From NCBI RefSeq assembly GCF_009914755.1, contig NC_060934.1: a stretch of 64,000 nucleotides of DNA. The stretch is one strand, 5' to 3'. The translations under genes and the position numbers were made by a program. The DNA is from the human T2T-CHM13v2.0 reference genome, Homo sapiens. How positions within the stretch are numbered: the stretch's first letter is position 1; every line of letters starts with the position of its first letter. Shown piece by piece: positions 1 through 13,886 of the stretch. The notes below the pieces were generated by a model that was not told where the DNA came from, made no database searches, and was given only the letters and a program-made list of their open reading frames with translations.

Positions 1-199
1 TTTATAGTTAATGAGTCTTAGAGAGTGTATCATTGTTTTATTTCTCTTACCATGGGCAGCTGAAAAAATTGTTGGTCATAGACCAAAAGTACTGGTCACA
101 GACCAGCCAAATCCACAGTCCAGCTTCTTAATCTAGCTGGATTCTCTGTTGAATCCTTAAAATCTCTCCTCACCACCTCCCTAACCCCAACACTTGTCT

Positions 200-620
200 C
201 ATTATATTAGACAACTTTGTTAGAATTTTTTCCAAGTTGAATTAAAGTCTTTCTCCTTCCCTTTACCTTTCCACTGTCATTAGAACTAGTTCTGCCCTGT
301 AGACCATAGAGATCCTCTCCCATTTCTACATCTCCTTCCATAGGAGATAGTCCCTCAAATATTTGAAATGATACTGTCATGATTCCTCCACATCTGCCAT
401 TCCCCAGCCTGAAGAGGCCTGGTTCTGCCTACTTTATTCTGCACCTTTGTGAAATTCTGCTTGGCTAACATTTTTGGAACGCTTTGGACCATGTTCTCTC
501 AAAGTCTCACTTTAAGTGTGTGTCTATAACTTAACATAGGGTCCAGATATGCTCTGAAAGACTTAACCTCAAATGGGATACTGTCATTTTATTAATGTAT
601 GCTGGAGTTGGCTTAGTTTC
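200..620 (-). mobile_element. Ancient CR1/L3-like LINE fragment
   Basis: CCCTCAAATATTTGAAATGATACTGTCATG...CCCCAGCCTGAAG resembles the reverse complement of the L3 3' region; highly diverged. Confidence 0.5.
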
Positions 621-949
621 AATTTGAGGAATTTCATGTGCTGCAACTTCTTTTCCTAGAAAGTAATACTTTTGATGTTTCTCACAAATTATAATTTCTA
701 GGACTCTGAGCTGCCTACTTCTACTTACTCCTTTTTAGTTAGGGTTGTGTGTGTGTGTTGTCCTTACTGGTTACTGCTTTTACCTCCTAGGGTCTTTTTT
801 TCAAGGCCATTTTCACTTAACCTTAGCTATTAAGCCCAAGTGGAGGTGCTAAGGTGATTTGAAAAATGGAAATATCTTAATTTAAATTGCACAAACAAAC
901 ACTATCGTGCATATTTGAGAAGTAAAATACAATGTAAATGGGGGCTTTT

Positions 950-1125
950 CAGGCACCATGTTAAGCACTTGGTATATATTATTTCATTTGGCTTTTATAA
1001 CAGCATTATGAGGTGAGAACTGCTGTTATTCTCAATTTAGATGTGAGGAGGTGTGGCTAGTTCGATACAACTAGGAGGGCCAGAGGTGTATTGCAGACCT
1101 AAACATACCAGACTCAAGACTAATA
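950..1125 (-). mobile_element. MIR SINE
   Basis: AGGCACCATGTTAAGCACTT...ATGAGGTGAGAACTGCTGTTATTCTCAATTT matches the reverse-complement MIR core. Confidence 0.7.
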
Positions 1126-1298
1126 CTGCTGTTACCCACAGAAATGAAGCTCACATATTGTATTTTATGCCAATTATAGCTGATGTTGTTGGAAGGAATT
1201 ATATAATCTGCTGAGGTGTATTGCATACTTCTCATCTTTAACAGAACATACCAAACATAAAAACTTTTATTTGATAGGTTGAGGTGATGATATTGAAC

Positions 1299-1373
1299 AT
1301 CTGTCCTCCCATGTTCATTGTAGCACTATTCACAATAGCTAAGATTTGGAAGCAACCTAAGTGTCCGTCAAAC
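1299..1373 (+). mobile_element. Isolated ~75 bp L1 fragment
   Basis: ATGTTCATTGTAGCACTATTCACAATAGCTAAGATTTGGAAGCAACCTAAGTGTCC, end of L1 ORF2; closely matches 2048-2123. Confidence 0.85.
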
Positions 1374-1978
1374 ATTAATTTTTGTGGCCCTTTAAGTAAG
1401 AATAAATATGTGGCCCTATAAATATGAATCTTATGTATATTTGTATAGACAGTGCCAAGCATATTGTAGGCAACTATGATTCAAATCACTGCACACATGC
1501 GTATTGAATGAGTACATGAATGAATCAATGAAGTTATAAAACAGCAATGACCTCAAGGTCTATTAAAGTTTTTAGAACTATTTGCCACTACACTAAATCT
1601 TTTATAAACTGTTTTGCTTTATGAGTCTATGTGTCTGCTTTTTGTAATTTTTTTCCCTTCTCCCTGTCATTGTAAATAGAATATCTATGGACATGAAATG
1701 TGCCTGAAGTTCTTTGCAAATGGAAGACTAAAAGGAAGTTGCCCCAGGCAATTCAGATCATTGTGTCCAAGAGAGGAACAAACTCATGTTTGATCCAGGT
1801 CATGACTGTATTCAAGGGCTTTGATCCTAGGTGTGGGGTCCAGCTGTAGGGGCATCAGGGAAGTACATTCTTGGTCTGTGTCCAAGTCCTTGGTCAGGGA
1901 AGTCTGTCTTAGCACCATGGAGACAGGGGAAACTGAATTCAGACCTTATGTGACAGGAGTGGACTAAAACCAGTGCAT

Positions 1979-2711
1979 GCATATGATCCAGCAATTCCAT
2001 GGCTAGGTATACACCCAAAAGAAAGAAAATCTGTATATAGAAGAGATATCTGCCCTCCCATGTTCGTTGCAGCATTATTCACAATAGCTAAGATTTGGAA
2101 GCAACCTAAGTGTCCATCGACAGATGAATGGATAAAATGTGGTACATATACACAATGGACTGCTATTCAGCCATAAACATAATAAAATCCTGTTATTTGC
2201 AATAACATGGATAGAACTGGAAGTCATTATGTTAAGTGAAATAAGTCAGGCACAGAAAGACAAACTTCACTTGTTCTCACTGATTTGTGGGAGCTAAAAA
2301 TTAAAATAATTGAACTGAGAGAGAGTAGAAGGATGGTTACTAGAGGCTGGGAAGGGTAGTGGGGGCTGGGTAGAATGGAAAAAGGGATGGGTAGTGAGTA
2401 CAAAAAATAGTTAGAAAGAATGAATAAGACCTAGTATTTGATAGCGCAACAGGGTGCTATCAAACCTATTGCCTTGGTTTGCAATAGGGTGACTATAGAC
2501 AATAATAATTTAATTGAACATTTAAAAATAACTAAAAGAGTATAATTGGATTGTAACACAAAAGATAAATGCTTGAGGTGATGGATACCTCATTTATCCT
2601 GATGTGATTATTACGCATTGCATGCCTGTAACAAAATATCTCAAGTACCCCATAAATATAGATACCTACTGTGTACCCATAAAAATTAAAAATAAAAAAA
2701 TAAAAATAAAA
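1979..2711 (+). mobile_element. 5'-truncated L1MA-type LINE (ORF2 end, 3'UTR, A-rich tail)
   Basis: ORF 1973-2176 reads YDPAIPWLGIHPKE...[25 protein letters not shown] (L1 ORF2 C-terminus); L1MA-type 3'UTR; A-rich tail ~2681-2711. Confidence 0.9.
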
Positions 2712-4029
2712 TCAGCATAGGGAGCCAGTCTCCTACTAATTTGGTCAACAGTTTATGTCAGGTTGTAGTCTTAAGGGTGGAAACGAAAAGAGGGCCAGGA
2801 CCTTGGTAGCCAGACCAAAGTTCACGACTGTGTTATATACTCTGAAATGGATTTAGCCAAGGAGGTTTGCCCAGATTCTCCCATAGGTGATGTTAAATTC
2901 CTTCCAGGACACTTGACCCCAGGCATGGGATTGATGGTGGGTTTTCAGGTGCTCTCCCACTAAAGCAAAAATGTCCATAATATATTCCAGGAATTAGGTG
3001 AGACAGAGCCTCAGGAAACAAGCCTGTTATGCCTTCACCAAGGCAGGGCAGAGCTGGATAAGGGTGAACAGAAAGGGACAAATTATTGATGAGAGTTCTG
3101 TGAGTAGAAACTCCTTTCTCTTCTTTAGAATTTCTGCCTCCAGTTTGTTAATGCCACTTCCAAAATACACTGCTCTGAGCTGAAGATAATACTGCATGCA
3201 GATAGAGTGCCATGAAGGCATTGGTTTGCAGTGATCTATAAAGGACTAATGTGCCAGGCTCTGTGTTAAGTGCTTGACTTTCACCACCTTGTTTACCCCT
3301 ACAACAACAATTTTTAAATTGCCCTATTAAGATATAGAGCATTCTATCATTCTAAAATGTTTCCTGTGATTCAGTATATATTTATTTACTTTTTGGTTGA
3401 TTTATTGAGTGAAGAACTGAAAATCACTTTATGGGTAGTATATTTCCTTTTTTGTATCACATCTGAAGTGAGACATTGTCAAACTGGGTAGGTATGTCCA
3501 GAATGAGGAAGGATGCAGAGACTATGTCATATAAGGAACATGTGTCAAAGGAGGTAGTAAAAATGAATATGACTGGGGCTAGTAGTTCCAAGAAAAAATT
3601 GGAAACATGCTCCTGGCTAATCAGAAGGTTTAGCTAAAATATTTTCAGAGCCTATCACGTGAACCTGGTAAAAACAACCCAGTATTGGGCAAAAGAGTTA
3701 GGGCAATTTGAGGAAGTCCTGGCGCCTAGGCTAGGTGGTGATGAACAGGGAAGATGTGAAGGAAAAAGGAAGAGAGAATTTTCCCCCTTGCCTTATTGAT
3801 TTCATCCTGCATTAGTTCATCTCAGCTCTTCCTGTTGTTCCCCCAACCCCAACAGTTTTTCTATTCTTTTATCTATTTTTGAATTGATTCTCTAAAAGTT
3901 CTAAGGCTGCGTTTTCAGCTCCTGGTCATCTGGATAACTACTGGTTTCAGGATTCTTGGGGATAATGGGATGGAGGCATGGGAGGAGAATGTCTGGGTTA
4001 AAAAGATACTGAGCTAGAAGTAGAAGGCT

Positions 4030-4260
4030 TGGTTGAATTTTACACTCAGCAACATACAGGTTGGGCAAGTTGCTTTGCTCTTTAGCTTCAGCTTTTGCAC
4101 ACCTATAAAATGGAAGCGGTGTGTGTGTGTGTTTGTGTGTGTGTGTGTAGTGTATGTATCCGTTGTCTCCTAGGGAGTTTCTTTGAGGATCAAAAAAGAG
4201 AGTGGACAAAAATGAATTTTGTAAACTGTTTTTGAGAGCATCTAAATGTAGTTTTATGAG
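4030..4260 (+). mobile_element. MIR containing a (GT)n microsatellite at 4119-4148
   Basis: TTGGGCAAGTTGCTT...CTATAAAATGG MIR core, GT repeat, then GAGGATCAAA. Confidence 0.6.
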
Positions 4261-6369
4261 TAGCATTGTTACCATTGTCGCTGTTCTATTTGCTGAATCT
4301 TGTTTAATTTGGAAGCTCCCTAATTCACAGTGATTTGTATAGTGGGGTCATCACTCTGTAGGAGCTCTAAATGGAGACTTTGTCCATGATTTCCAAAAGG
4401 TCATCCACCCCAGAGTCACATGAGACTGGAAAGCAAATCTTTTTCATTAATTGGCTTCAAGTACTTTCAGCTTCAAATGGAGGTCTCTAAGGGTCCTTGG
4501 CTGGCACATCAAGGGGGCATTTCAAAGAAAGTGGCAAAATCTTGACTAAACTTCAGAGCAAACACGCACTCTTTTCTTTGCTACTCTCTTTCTAAAAAGA
4601 AAAACAAATTATACTGGTCTGGGTTGTGTGAGCATGTGTGTATCAGCTTGTTCTAATTCTCTTTTCCCAACCCCTTCTTTGCTTGTCCCATTTTCAAGAT
4701 AGGATAACACCCAGGTTTTTATATTACCTTCTGTGTTAGGACTTTCTTAGGATTCCTAAAAATTTTGGCTAAGTAGCATTAGGCCTGCTCTATTTCACAG
4801 GTAGGCATAAAAAAAAAAAAAACAGTGTCCACTTCTTCAAGACAGTATCCAATTCTTCCTGGCATTTTGATGGTAGGAAAAATATTTGAATTTATTTTTA
4901 GGGCAAGTCACGTGGCAAAAAGAATAACAAGTATTTATGGTTGCCTGGGGAACTCAGCTTCTAGTTACTACTGATTATGGGAAAGAGGAACAAATTTTAA
5001 GATGAGGCAAAATTGGTGACCAAGAACTAGAATAGCAGGTGGCCTGGGAAGAGGTGGGGGTGAAAGCGGGTAGAAAATCTATGCAAAAATATAGGTTCCT
5101 AGTCATTTTTTTTCTTTTGTCTCTTTCGATTACTATATCCTGCCTTCCTGCAGGAGGAATGTAGTAAGATGCTTTGTATAATCAGGTGCTTTGCTTGTTC
5201 TTTTTTTTTTTTTTTTGATTGTAGAAAAGATCAGTGTAGCAATTTGACCATTTGCCAAATTACCCATAAGATAGGGTAGGCATTAAAAACCCAGGGACAC
5301 TGAAGTCAGGAAATCCAGCTTCTTGTATCCTGGATCTTTCTTGGAACAGCCTGTCACATATGACATCTAATGATGTAGCACCAGCTGCTCACAAATACAA
5401 GTTCCTTAGAGTATATAGACATTATGGGGCCACTAAAAATGTCTTATATGGCTTGCTGCCAGCATTTTCAGCACTGTCTCTCACCAGCAGCCACTCTCTA
5501 ACTGTTTGCCCTAGCCAAGCTCAGAGACATGGGGACTCCTATGAGCTCCATTGTCTTGTGTAGAGAATGGGGCTAACTGTAGAGTGTGAAGGCCTGGGGA
5601 GAAAAACTCAGGCTGTGTTTCCTAGTCACCCCAAGACCTTGTGGACCCAGGAAGTAGCAGTTCCAGAGACCAATTGCTATATGGCTTTCTGCATGCCCAC
5701 TGCCTTTGTCTTGCTGTTGTCGCAGGAAACATCTGGTGTACATCCAGTGCACCCAGAGCCTTTTGGAAAACACCTATCGGCCTCAGTACTCTTTTCCCTC
5801 AGGCTGGCAGACAATGAGGAAGGAGGAGAGAGAGCTACCCATTGGAGGAGGAAGTAAAGCTGGAGGCTGGGGTAGTGGCAAGATATGAGCATTCAGGTCT
5901 ACAAAGCTTCAAGTCTCTCATTACTTCACTCCATCAGGCCAGGACAATCATGGGGGTTTGGCAGGAGTGGCGTTGCAGGGAGTTTAGGCCTAAGGGAGTG
6001 TATGTGTGAGGCACAAAGTAATAAGGACTGGACTTTGTTACCTGAGGTGATGAGGGTGACAGGCCCACATGGATAAATTAGGAAACAGGCAACAGGTTCT
6101 ATAGCTGCATATCAGAGACTCACAGAGTGGAAATCACTTTGATGAGGGCAGAGCAGCAGCCCAAATGACCGGATACCCACTGTGGAAGTCATCCCCTCAT
6201 CACTTTTTCATTCCCAAGACTCAGCTCTTCTCTGACTCTGTTACTTTGTTGGCAACTCCCGTTGCAGTGTCTGGGCAATTTCTCTCAGTTGTTACAACTT
6301 GCATTCAAGGGCATCTCTTGTTCCAGGCCAACTCTATTGATCTCTGAAAAAATGGGAGGTAGAACAGTG

Positions 6370-6540
6370 TTCAAGCATTCAGATAAACCTACCTTCCAAT
6401 CATAGTTCTGCTTCTTACTAGCTGTCCCACCTTAGGCAGGTAAGTTAACTTATCTGAATGTCAGTTTTCCCGCTTGTAAAATGCAGTTGGTATTAGTACT
6501 TAATTTAAAGCTTTGTTATGAGGATTAAATGAGATAATGC
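6370..6540 (+). mobile_element. MIR SINE
   Basis: CTTACTAGCTGT...TCAGTTTTCCCGCTTGTAAAATG...GAGGATTAAATGAGATAATG. Confidence 0.8.
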
Positions 6541-6811
6541 AAGTCCAGCCTATAGTTGACTTTGGCTTAAGCAGCAGTTGTTGGAACAATCTGTTGTGGC
6601 CAAGATCATAAGGTCTCAGGACACAAGGTTGGCCACAAAACCAACCCAGCAACTTATGAAGCAGAAACCATCTGTGGTAACTTTTCTCAGAAGGTGGCTA
6701 TGTAAACTGGCCTCATTTGGCTGAAGGAAGTTGGGAGGTGGATAGGTGGGGGAAATAAAAGAAAAGAGAAGAGTTAAATGAGTGTCAATGTCTCCTAATA
6801 ATTAAAAGCTT

Positions 6812-7020
6812 AGAATCCCTGGAGTCAGACAGGCTTGTCCTCAAATTCCAGCTCTGTGCTTACCATTTGTGTGACCACGAATATGTTATCAAACTTTTGG
6901 ACCCCAGTTTTCTCAAGTGCAAAATAGGCTAATGATATCTATGGTGTTGTGATAATTTGATGAACAATGAGTATAAAGTGCTTAGCACAGTGCCTGCTAC
7001 CCAGTAAGAACATAACAAAT
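6812..7020 (+). mobile_element. MIR SINE
   Basis: CTGGAGTCAGAC...CCAGCTCTG...AAAGTGCTTAGCACAGTGCCTG. Confidence 0.8.
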
Positions 7021-8009
7021 GGGGAAGAGGATGATTGTGAGGATGGCAAGCGTTTTTCTTGGCCTAGCATCCAGTGGTGCTGCTCTTGTTATCTAAGGAG
7101 GCAGGAAGGAGACAAGAGTGGGCACTTGGTAAAACTGGATGCAGGTGAAAGAGAGGTGTTTATCTGAGGGCCTCATATCTGAGCCTCACTTCTACCTCCT
7201 GACCCCTTATGTCCTCCCACCCTGCTACCCAGTGCTTGGGTGCTGCTTAAAGCACTTTGTTCCAAACTCCCTAGGGATGGTTTGCCCCTCCCCTTCCCAT
7301 AATGACTCAAAACTTCTGTTCATTCTGTTCAGCTTTGCCACAGCCAGGTTTTGGTGAGAAGGACCACACAGCTTCCTTTGACTTTAAGGCCACCAGAGGT
7401 ATTTCTTTTTAACTCCACCAAATTGGAAATTAGTGGAGCAATAAGCAATGGAGGATGGAGGGTACTTTGAGCACAGAGACTTCCATATTGCCCTGAAAAG
7501 GAGCCTGAAAGACAAGGTTGAAGGAGACGCAGGTTCAGTAGGGGAGGGAGAAGGAATGCATATCCCTAGCTTCCGTATTGCACTACCGTCCTTTGCCTGA
7601 GAAAGCGAACCCTGGTGTTAGAATCTGAGACTAATGTTGTTCCCCAAGGAGGAAGGCAGCTCAGGACTGGTTCCCACCAAGCCAAGTGCAGTCCTAGATT
7701 CTGGCTCCCTGTGCCCACTGTCAGCAGAGAAAGCACCAAATCTAGTGAGAAAAAGTTTCAGCATATCTTAAAATGACAGAAACCACCTTATCCAACCTAG
7801 ACTTTTCTGCCATGGGAAAAAGATGAAACCTGGAAATCTGGGAAACTTAAAATTTTCAACACCATTTATAAATATAAAAAGCCTCTGGTTACTTGAGTGT
7901 TGCACATTTAGATATTTGATTTTGTATGTTGATTACAAATGGAGTTGTGGCCTTGCAAACCATCACAATCATCATTATAATCATTGAATTTATGGTTCAT
8001 ATGGCAGTT

Positions 8010-8140
8010 TCTTATACATTATTCAATTTACTTTAATCCTCTTAACTCTGTCAAGTAGGTATTACCATTAATCCTCATTTTACAGCTGAGGAAACAAGGT
8101 AGAAAAGGTGACTTACTCAAGATCCCAGAGCTAGTAACCT
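8010..8140 (-). mobile_element. MIR SINE
   Basis: TTTAATCCTC...CCTCATTTTACAGCTGAGGAAAC...CAAGATCCCAGAGCTAGTAA. Confidence 0.75.
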
Positions 8141-9433
8141 CGAGGTTTTGTTTTGCTCTTTGGTTTTGTTTTCAATTTAGGTAATGAGCTACCAACATTA
8201 GAATGATGCATAGAAAGGTGCTGGGCCATGGTCTTTGCATCTTCCAATAAAGCATAATAAGATATATTAATTTCCAGGAAAAGAGTTGAGGGAGAAAAAA
8301 GGGGGAATATGATTTATTGATACAACTTTTAGGGAAATTTGATCAGCGTAGTATTCCAAGCTTTATTTTGATCATTTTCAAACCAAAGTTTAATCTGTTA
8401 AAATAGACATGCTTCTTTTACTCTGTGTAAACATGAAGCTCCACATATTACAAGAGGGCTTGGAAGGATGGGCCTACTAATTGGTACAGAGCAACAAAGT
8501 CTATTTTTTATTTAAAGATATAGGTGTTTTAGGAAGGAGAGGGGATGTTAAAGATAGTATTTGGCTGTATGAAAATATAGAAGTATGAGACTGGCAGCTC
8601 TGTAGAGGGCTTTGGGTGAGAGAATACAAAGGAGAGAAAATGAGAAAGACATTGTTGTATGAATATAAGATAAACCACCCCAGTTAAGTGCAGGCTCTGG
8701 ATGAAGTATTTCTATTACAAATGACAGAGCTGGGACAGAAGCAATGTAGACTGTTGATGCAGTATCTCGAGGGGAGTTTGCACACTGGATATGTAAATTA
8801 TTATTGTTTAAAGATATTCTTCCATCTTGGGGAAGTTGCTTAACCTATATTATTTGCATTTTTCTTATTTGCAAAATGGGACTAAAACAGTACAGTTCTT
8901 ACCATATGTAATCTTTGAGAGTATTAACAAAAAAAAGTATGTGAAGTGCCTACTACAGTGCTTGTCATAAAGAAGGCTGCAGTGGATATGGCAACACTTT
9001 CCTCCATCAACCCCCACCCCCAAATTCCTTTCAGTTATGAAAATTCTGAAACACTGTAACTTTACCTATATATTTATTGGATATCTACTTTTCGAAAAGT
9101 AGAACATGTGAAGAATTCTTGATTTTTCCTTGGAGATACCTTTGCAAGTTAGAGGAAGATATTAGTGCCTGTCTTCCTTGGTTTAATTTTAATTCAAAAG
9201 AAAGATATGATTGAGAAGGTAGGAGAAATGACTGACTAGTTCATCTAGGCATTAATAGTCCTAAAAGAGGGAACTGTAAGGCAACCAGACACATGGCCTC
9301 AATTTTTTAAGAAGGCAGATTTAAAAATAAATACATGCATAAATAAAATTTTAAAACAAAACCAGAAAAAATGGTAGACGAATTCTCATGATCAAATTTA
9401 CTAAAAAGAATATGGCTTTAAAAGATGAGTCTA

Positions 9434-9776
<343 letters not shown>

Positions 9777-10607
9777 TTATACAATAATAAATAATCATAA
9801 TGGATGAGAAAAGCGAAAAGCAGTTAAAACACTTATTTGATCTGAGGAACTTTACGAGGAGGCGAGAAAGTATGGGTGAGTTTAATTTTCTTATATATTA
9901 TTTTCTCTATTTTCTAAAAATCTCTATGGTAACTATGGCTTTTATAAAATAAACAGTTTTCCCCCGAGGATTTGTACAATAGAGAAATGGATGCAAGTAA
10001 TTGAGAAGAATGGTTAGAAGCTAGGAGAATTCTTTTAAAAGTAGCATCACTTGGACTAAATATCTGTTGGCGATGAGGCATGGAGGAAAAAATGCTAAAG
10101 ATAACAAAAGTTATTTTGGTTACAGTTCAGTGGAAGAACATGAACAGGAAGAGGAATGCATAGTGATCATGGATGATGCAAAGGAATTGGAACCTCTGAA
10201 CTTCTATTTTGCTTCCATCTAGAAAAATGGAGTTCAATCAGTACAAAGTAAAACATACACAATTAAGAAGTAATTGAAATGGATGAGAATTTATTGAGAG
10301 CCCTTGACTTTTCTAAATGAGTTTAAAGAATTTTAGAGAGATATGCTCTTTAAATTATTGGAATTGGTAATCTAAATAGTAAAAGATGAAAGAGAATGGA
10401 TCCAGGAAACTCAGTATGAGTTGATACGTGGCAAAGTCTTAAATATGGAAGATTTGTTAACACCTAAAAAAGAAAGCTCCAGTCACTTGAAACTGGCATG
10501 CATTTATTGAATCAACTTATATCAAATTACTCTTATTTGTAAAATATTTAGAAGGGCTCTAGGGTTAAAAAATTTTGGCAGTCTCTCAAATTCATAGAAA
10601 CAGTGTA

Positions 10608-11570
10608 CATTTGACCCTTGCACAACACAGGTTTGAATTATATGGGTCCACTTTGCAACAATTGGAAAAACTCAAAGATGAACCATATAGCCTAGAAATA
10701 CTGAAAAAAATTAGGTAAAAGGTATGTCATGAATGCATAAAATATATGTAGATATTAATCTATCATTACTACCATGAAATATACACAAATCTATTATAAA
10801 AAGTTAACATTTATCAAAGCTTACACAATTACAGACCATGCATGACACCACTTACAGTTGATAGAAATTTAAACAAATATAAAGATGCAGTATTAAGTCA
10901 TAACTGCATAAAATTAACTGCATTACATACTATACTACTGTAATAATTTTGTAGCCACCTCCTCTTGCTATTACAGTGAGCTCAGGTGTTGCATGTATCT
11001 GCCTAGAATGCCATAAATTGCATATTGCAGTAAAAAGTGATCTCTAATGGTTCTCAAGTATTTTGAGTATTTTTCATTGTGTTTAGTACAACACTGTAAA
11101 CTTTGAATAACAACATGGGACCCATTCAAAGTACCACGAGTGATATTGGAAGTGCTCTCAAGAAGCAGAGAAAAGTCATGACTCATGACATTACAAGAAA
11201 AAGTTGAATTGCTTCATATGAACTGTAGGTTGATGTCTGCAGCGGTGGTTGCCCACCACTTCAGATAGATGATTCATCTCATAGATGGGGATCTTGCAAA
11301 CTTACCATATCGATAAATACAGTACAGGGTTATAAATGTATTTTCACTTCTTTTTGATTTTCTTAATAACATTTTCTTTTATGTAGCTTACTTTATTGTA
11401 AGAATACACCATATAATACATGTAAAATAGAAAATATGTGTAAATTGACTATGTGTGTTATTGGTCAACAGACTATTAGTTAAGTTTTTGGGGAGTCAAA
11501 AGTTACATGCAGATTTTCAACTCCGTGGAGGTCAGTACCCCCAACTTCCATGTTGTTCAAGGGCTAACTG
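10608..11570 (+). mobile_element. Tigger2-family (Tigger2b-like) DNA transposon
   Basis: Terminal inverted repeats CATTTGACCCTTGCACAACA ... TGTTGTTCAAGGGCTAACTG, preceded by TA; about 960 bp. Confidence 0.85.
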
Positions 11571-13247
11571 AAGTTTATTTCATCAAGAGTTTAAAATGTT
11601 TTTTAGTTGTAGAAAATTTCAAACAAATACAAGATGAAGAGAGTAATATAATAAACCACTGTATACTTATTACCCATCATTACAAACTATCAATATTCTG
11701 AGTTTTTTTTGTTTCATCTATCACTTTCCTCCCAACCATACCTTTTTGCTGTTTTTGGAATATTTTAAGCAAATCTCAAATATTATATCATTTTACTTGT
11801 AAGTACTTCAGTATGAAAAAAATGTATAGCAGAGTCTTTCATGATATGCCCAAAGATGAGTTGGAGAAATAGAGATTGGATAAGAATGAACTAAAAGGAT
11901 TGGTACTAACATAAACCATGGCCAAATCATGTTGATAAATAGTTTGAAATCTACCTTGAAGAAAGGTGGTAGGGAAATATACTACAAGATTCTGTCCTTG
12001 TTGTTGTCTTATGTGGCACGATTTATCAATGATATGGCCAAAAATTTAGAAAGCATGCTTAGCAGATTTGCTAACAATACGTAGCTTTTAGTGAGACTGC
12101 AATGTATTACATAAAAGGATCAAGTATCATCAGGCTGGAAAAATGAGCTGAAACCATAGGTTGACATTTAATTGATACACACAAGGTGAGATTCCTGACT
12201 TGGAGGTAGTTCATGGGAAGATCTGTAGGTTTTACTAGACCCGTAGCCCTCAGTATGAGTATCTAAAATGATGAGTCATATTTAAACAGTGTTAATGTTT
12301 AGTTTCCAGGTGAAGGGCTATAATAACTTCACTGTATCTGCTATATTCAGTTCAGAGCAATGTATTTTGAGAAGGACATTACAAACTGAAGGGCATCTAG
12401 TGGAGGGTAATTAGGGTGACATAAAATCTGAAAATCGTGATATGTAAAGAATGGTAAATGGAACTGGAGCTATTTAGCCTGGAGAATAGGGGACTTGAGG
12501 ATGGGGTTTATATACTGGCAACCCATGAGGACTTGAAAAACAAATTTTTAATGAAGTAAACAAATTCTAATTTGCTTTGTAGCTTCGAGCTGGGATCAGA
12601 GAGTGGAAGTTAGAATGAAACAGAACTTAGGTCAAGATAGATTGCTAACAGTTAGACATGTCTGGCAATGGCTTAGACTACCTGGATATGCACTTCTGTC
12701 CCATCAGTGGAGAATTTTACTGCAGAGGGTAAATACCCATCTTTTAAACAGGATTACCACTTGGAAGGAGTTGGACTAAGTTAGAGGTTCACAAGGGAGA
12801 ACTTTGGCTGTACATTAGAATCACCCGGCTGGGGGTGGAGGTGTTAAAAGTGAACAGTGCCTGGGCCCCATGCTAGAAATTCTGATGTAATTGTCCCAGG
12901 TGAGACTACAGAAAGTCCCCAGGGAACTCTGGAGTGTGTGAACTCTAAGGATCCTTTCAACTTTGAGATTTTTTTTTGGTTTGAAAAAGAGAAATCATGT
13001 TCATGGGGGGTATTTTAGAAGTCAGCATGGTGGAAAACCTGAAGATGACAGTGAAGTCAGGCACAAAACTGAACTCAGGGGAGTAAAGAGAATTGCTTAA
13101 GAGAGACTAAAAGTGCCAGAGTTTACCAGGAGACAGAGAAGCTTAGAGGAGAGGGTGCCTTGCATAGTTAAAAAAAAACATCAAAAGAAGTGAGAGTGGG
13201 AATGGTATTAGGAGAAGAGAGCGTGGCTGAAGAAGATGGGAGTGTCC

Positions 13248-13357
13248 ATCAGACAACCCACCCTGCTTTGCCTGGGACTGAGAGGTTTCTTGGGATACAG
13301 CACTTTCAGTGTTAAAACCAGGACAATCCCAGGCAAACTGGGATGGTTGGTCACCCG
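13248..13357 (-). mobile_element. MER81-like hAT MITE
   Basis: TTTGCCTGGGACTG...CCCAGGCAAACTGGGATGGTTGGTCACCC inverted ends. Confidence 0.75.
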
Positions 13358-13374
13358 AGTGCCCCATAAGACCC

Positions 13375-13886
13375 TGTCAAAAGACAAAATTACAACAAAT
13401 TTAGTTTAAAGATCTCAATAGGCTTTATTGCAATTTTAGAATTAGGCAACACTTCATTCCATAAAACAGAGTAAGTGTTCCAATGAGTTGACCAGAGGCA
13501 GCAGGCTTTCTAGACAGAGAAAGGGCTGAAGAAAGCAGAAACAAAGAACAAAAAGTAGATTGGACATTTCAAAGTTACTTTCATTGTGGGCATAGGGAGA
13601 TAGAAAGATGGAAAGATAACTGATTGGTTAACATCGGGTTACTCTGTTGTAAGAATTAAAACAGAGGGAACTGCATGATTGCCAGTTGAAGACTGAAACT
13701 GGCCTGTTGGGAAATTAGGCTGTTGCCTCTCTCTCCTGATTTCATGGAAGACCAGATAACAAACTCAAGGTTTGGAGAAGCAGAACCTTAGATAAGGGAC
13801 TCTATTTTGGTTTTTAGGCTGGTCTGTTGGGGCCTAGTGCAGGGGTTTAGTCCAAAACAGTGGCCTCCTATAATTTTTGTTGAACA
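13375..13886 (-). mobile_element. ERV1 solo LTR (MER67/MER31-like)
   Basis: TGTCAAAAGACAAAATTACAACAAATTTAGTTTAAAGATC...TTGTTGAACA; TG...CA ends; minus-strand AATAAA. Confidence 0.65.
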
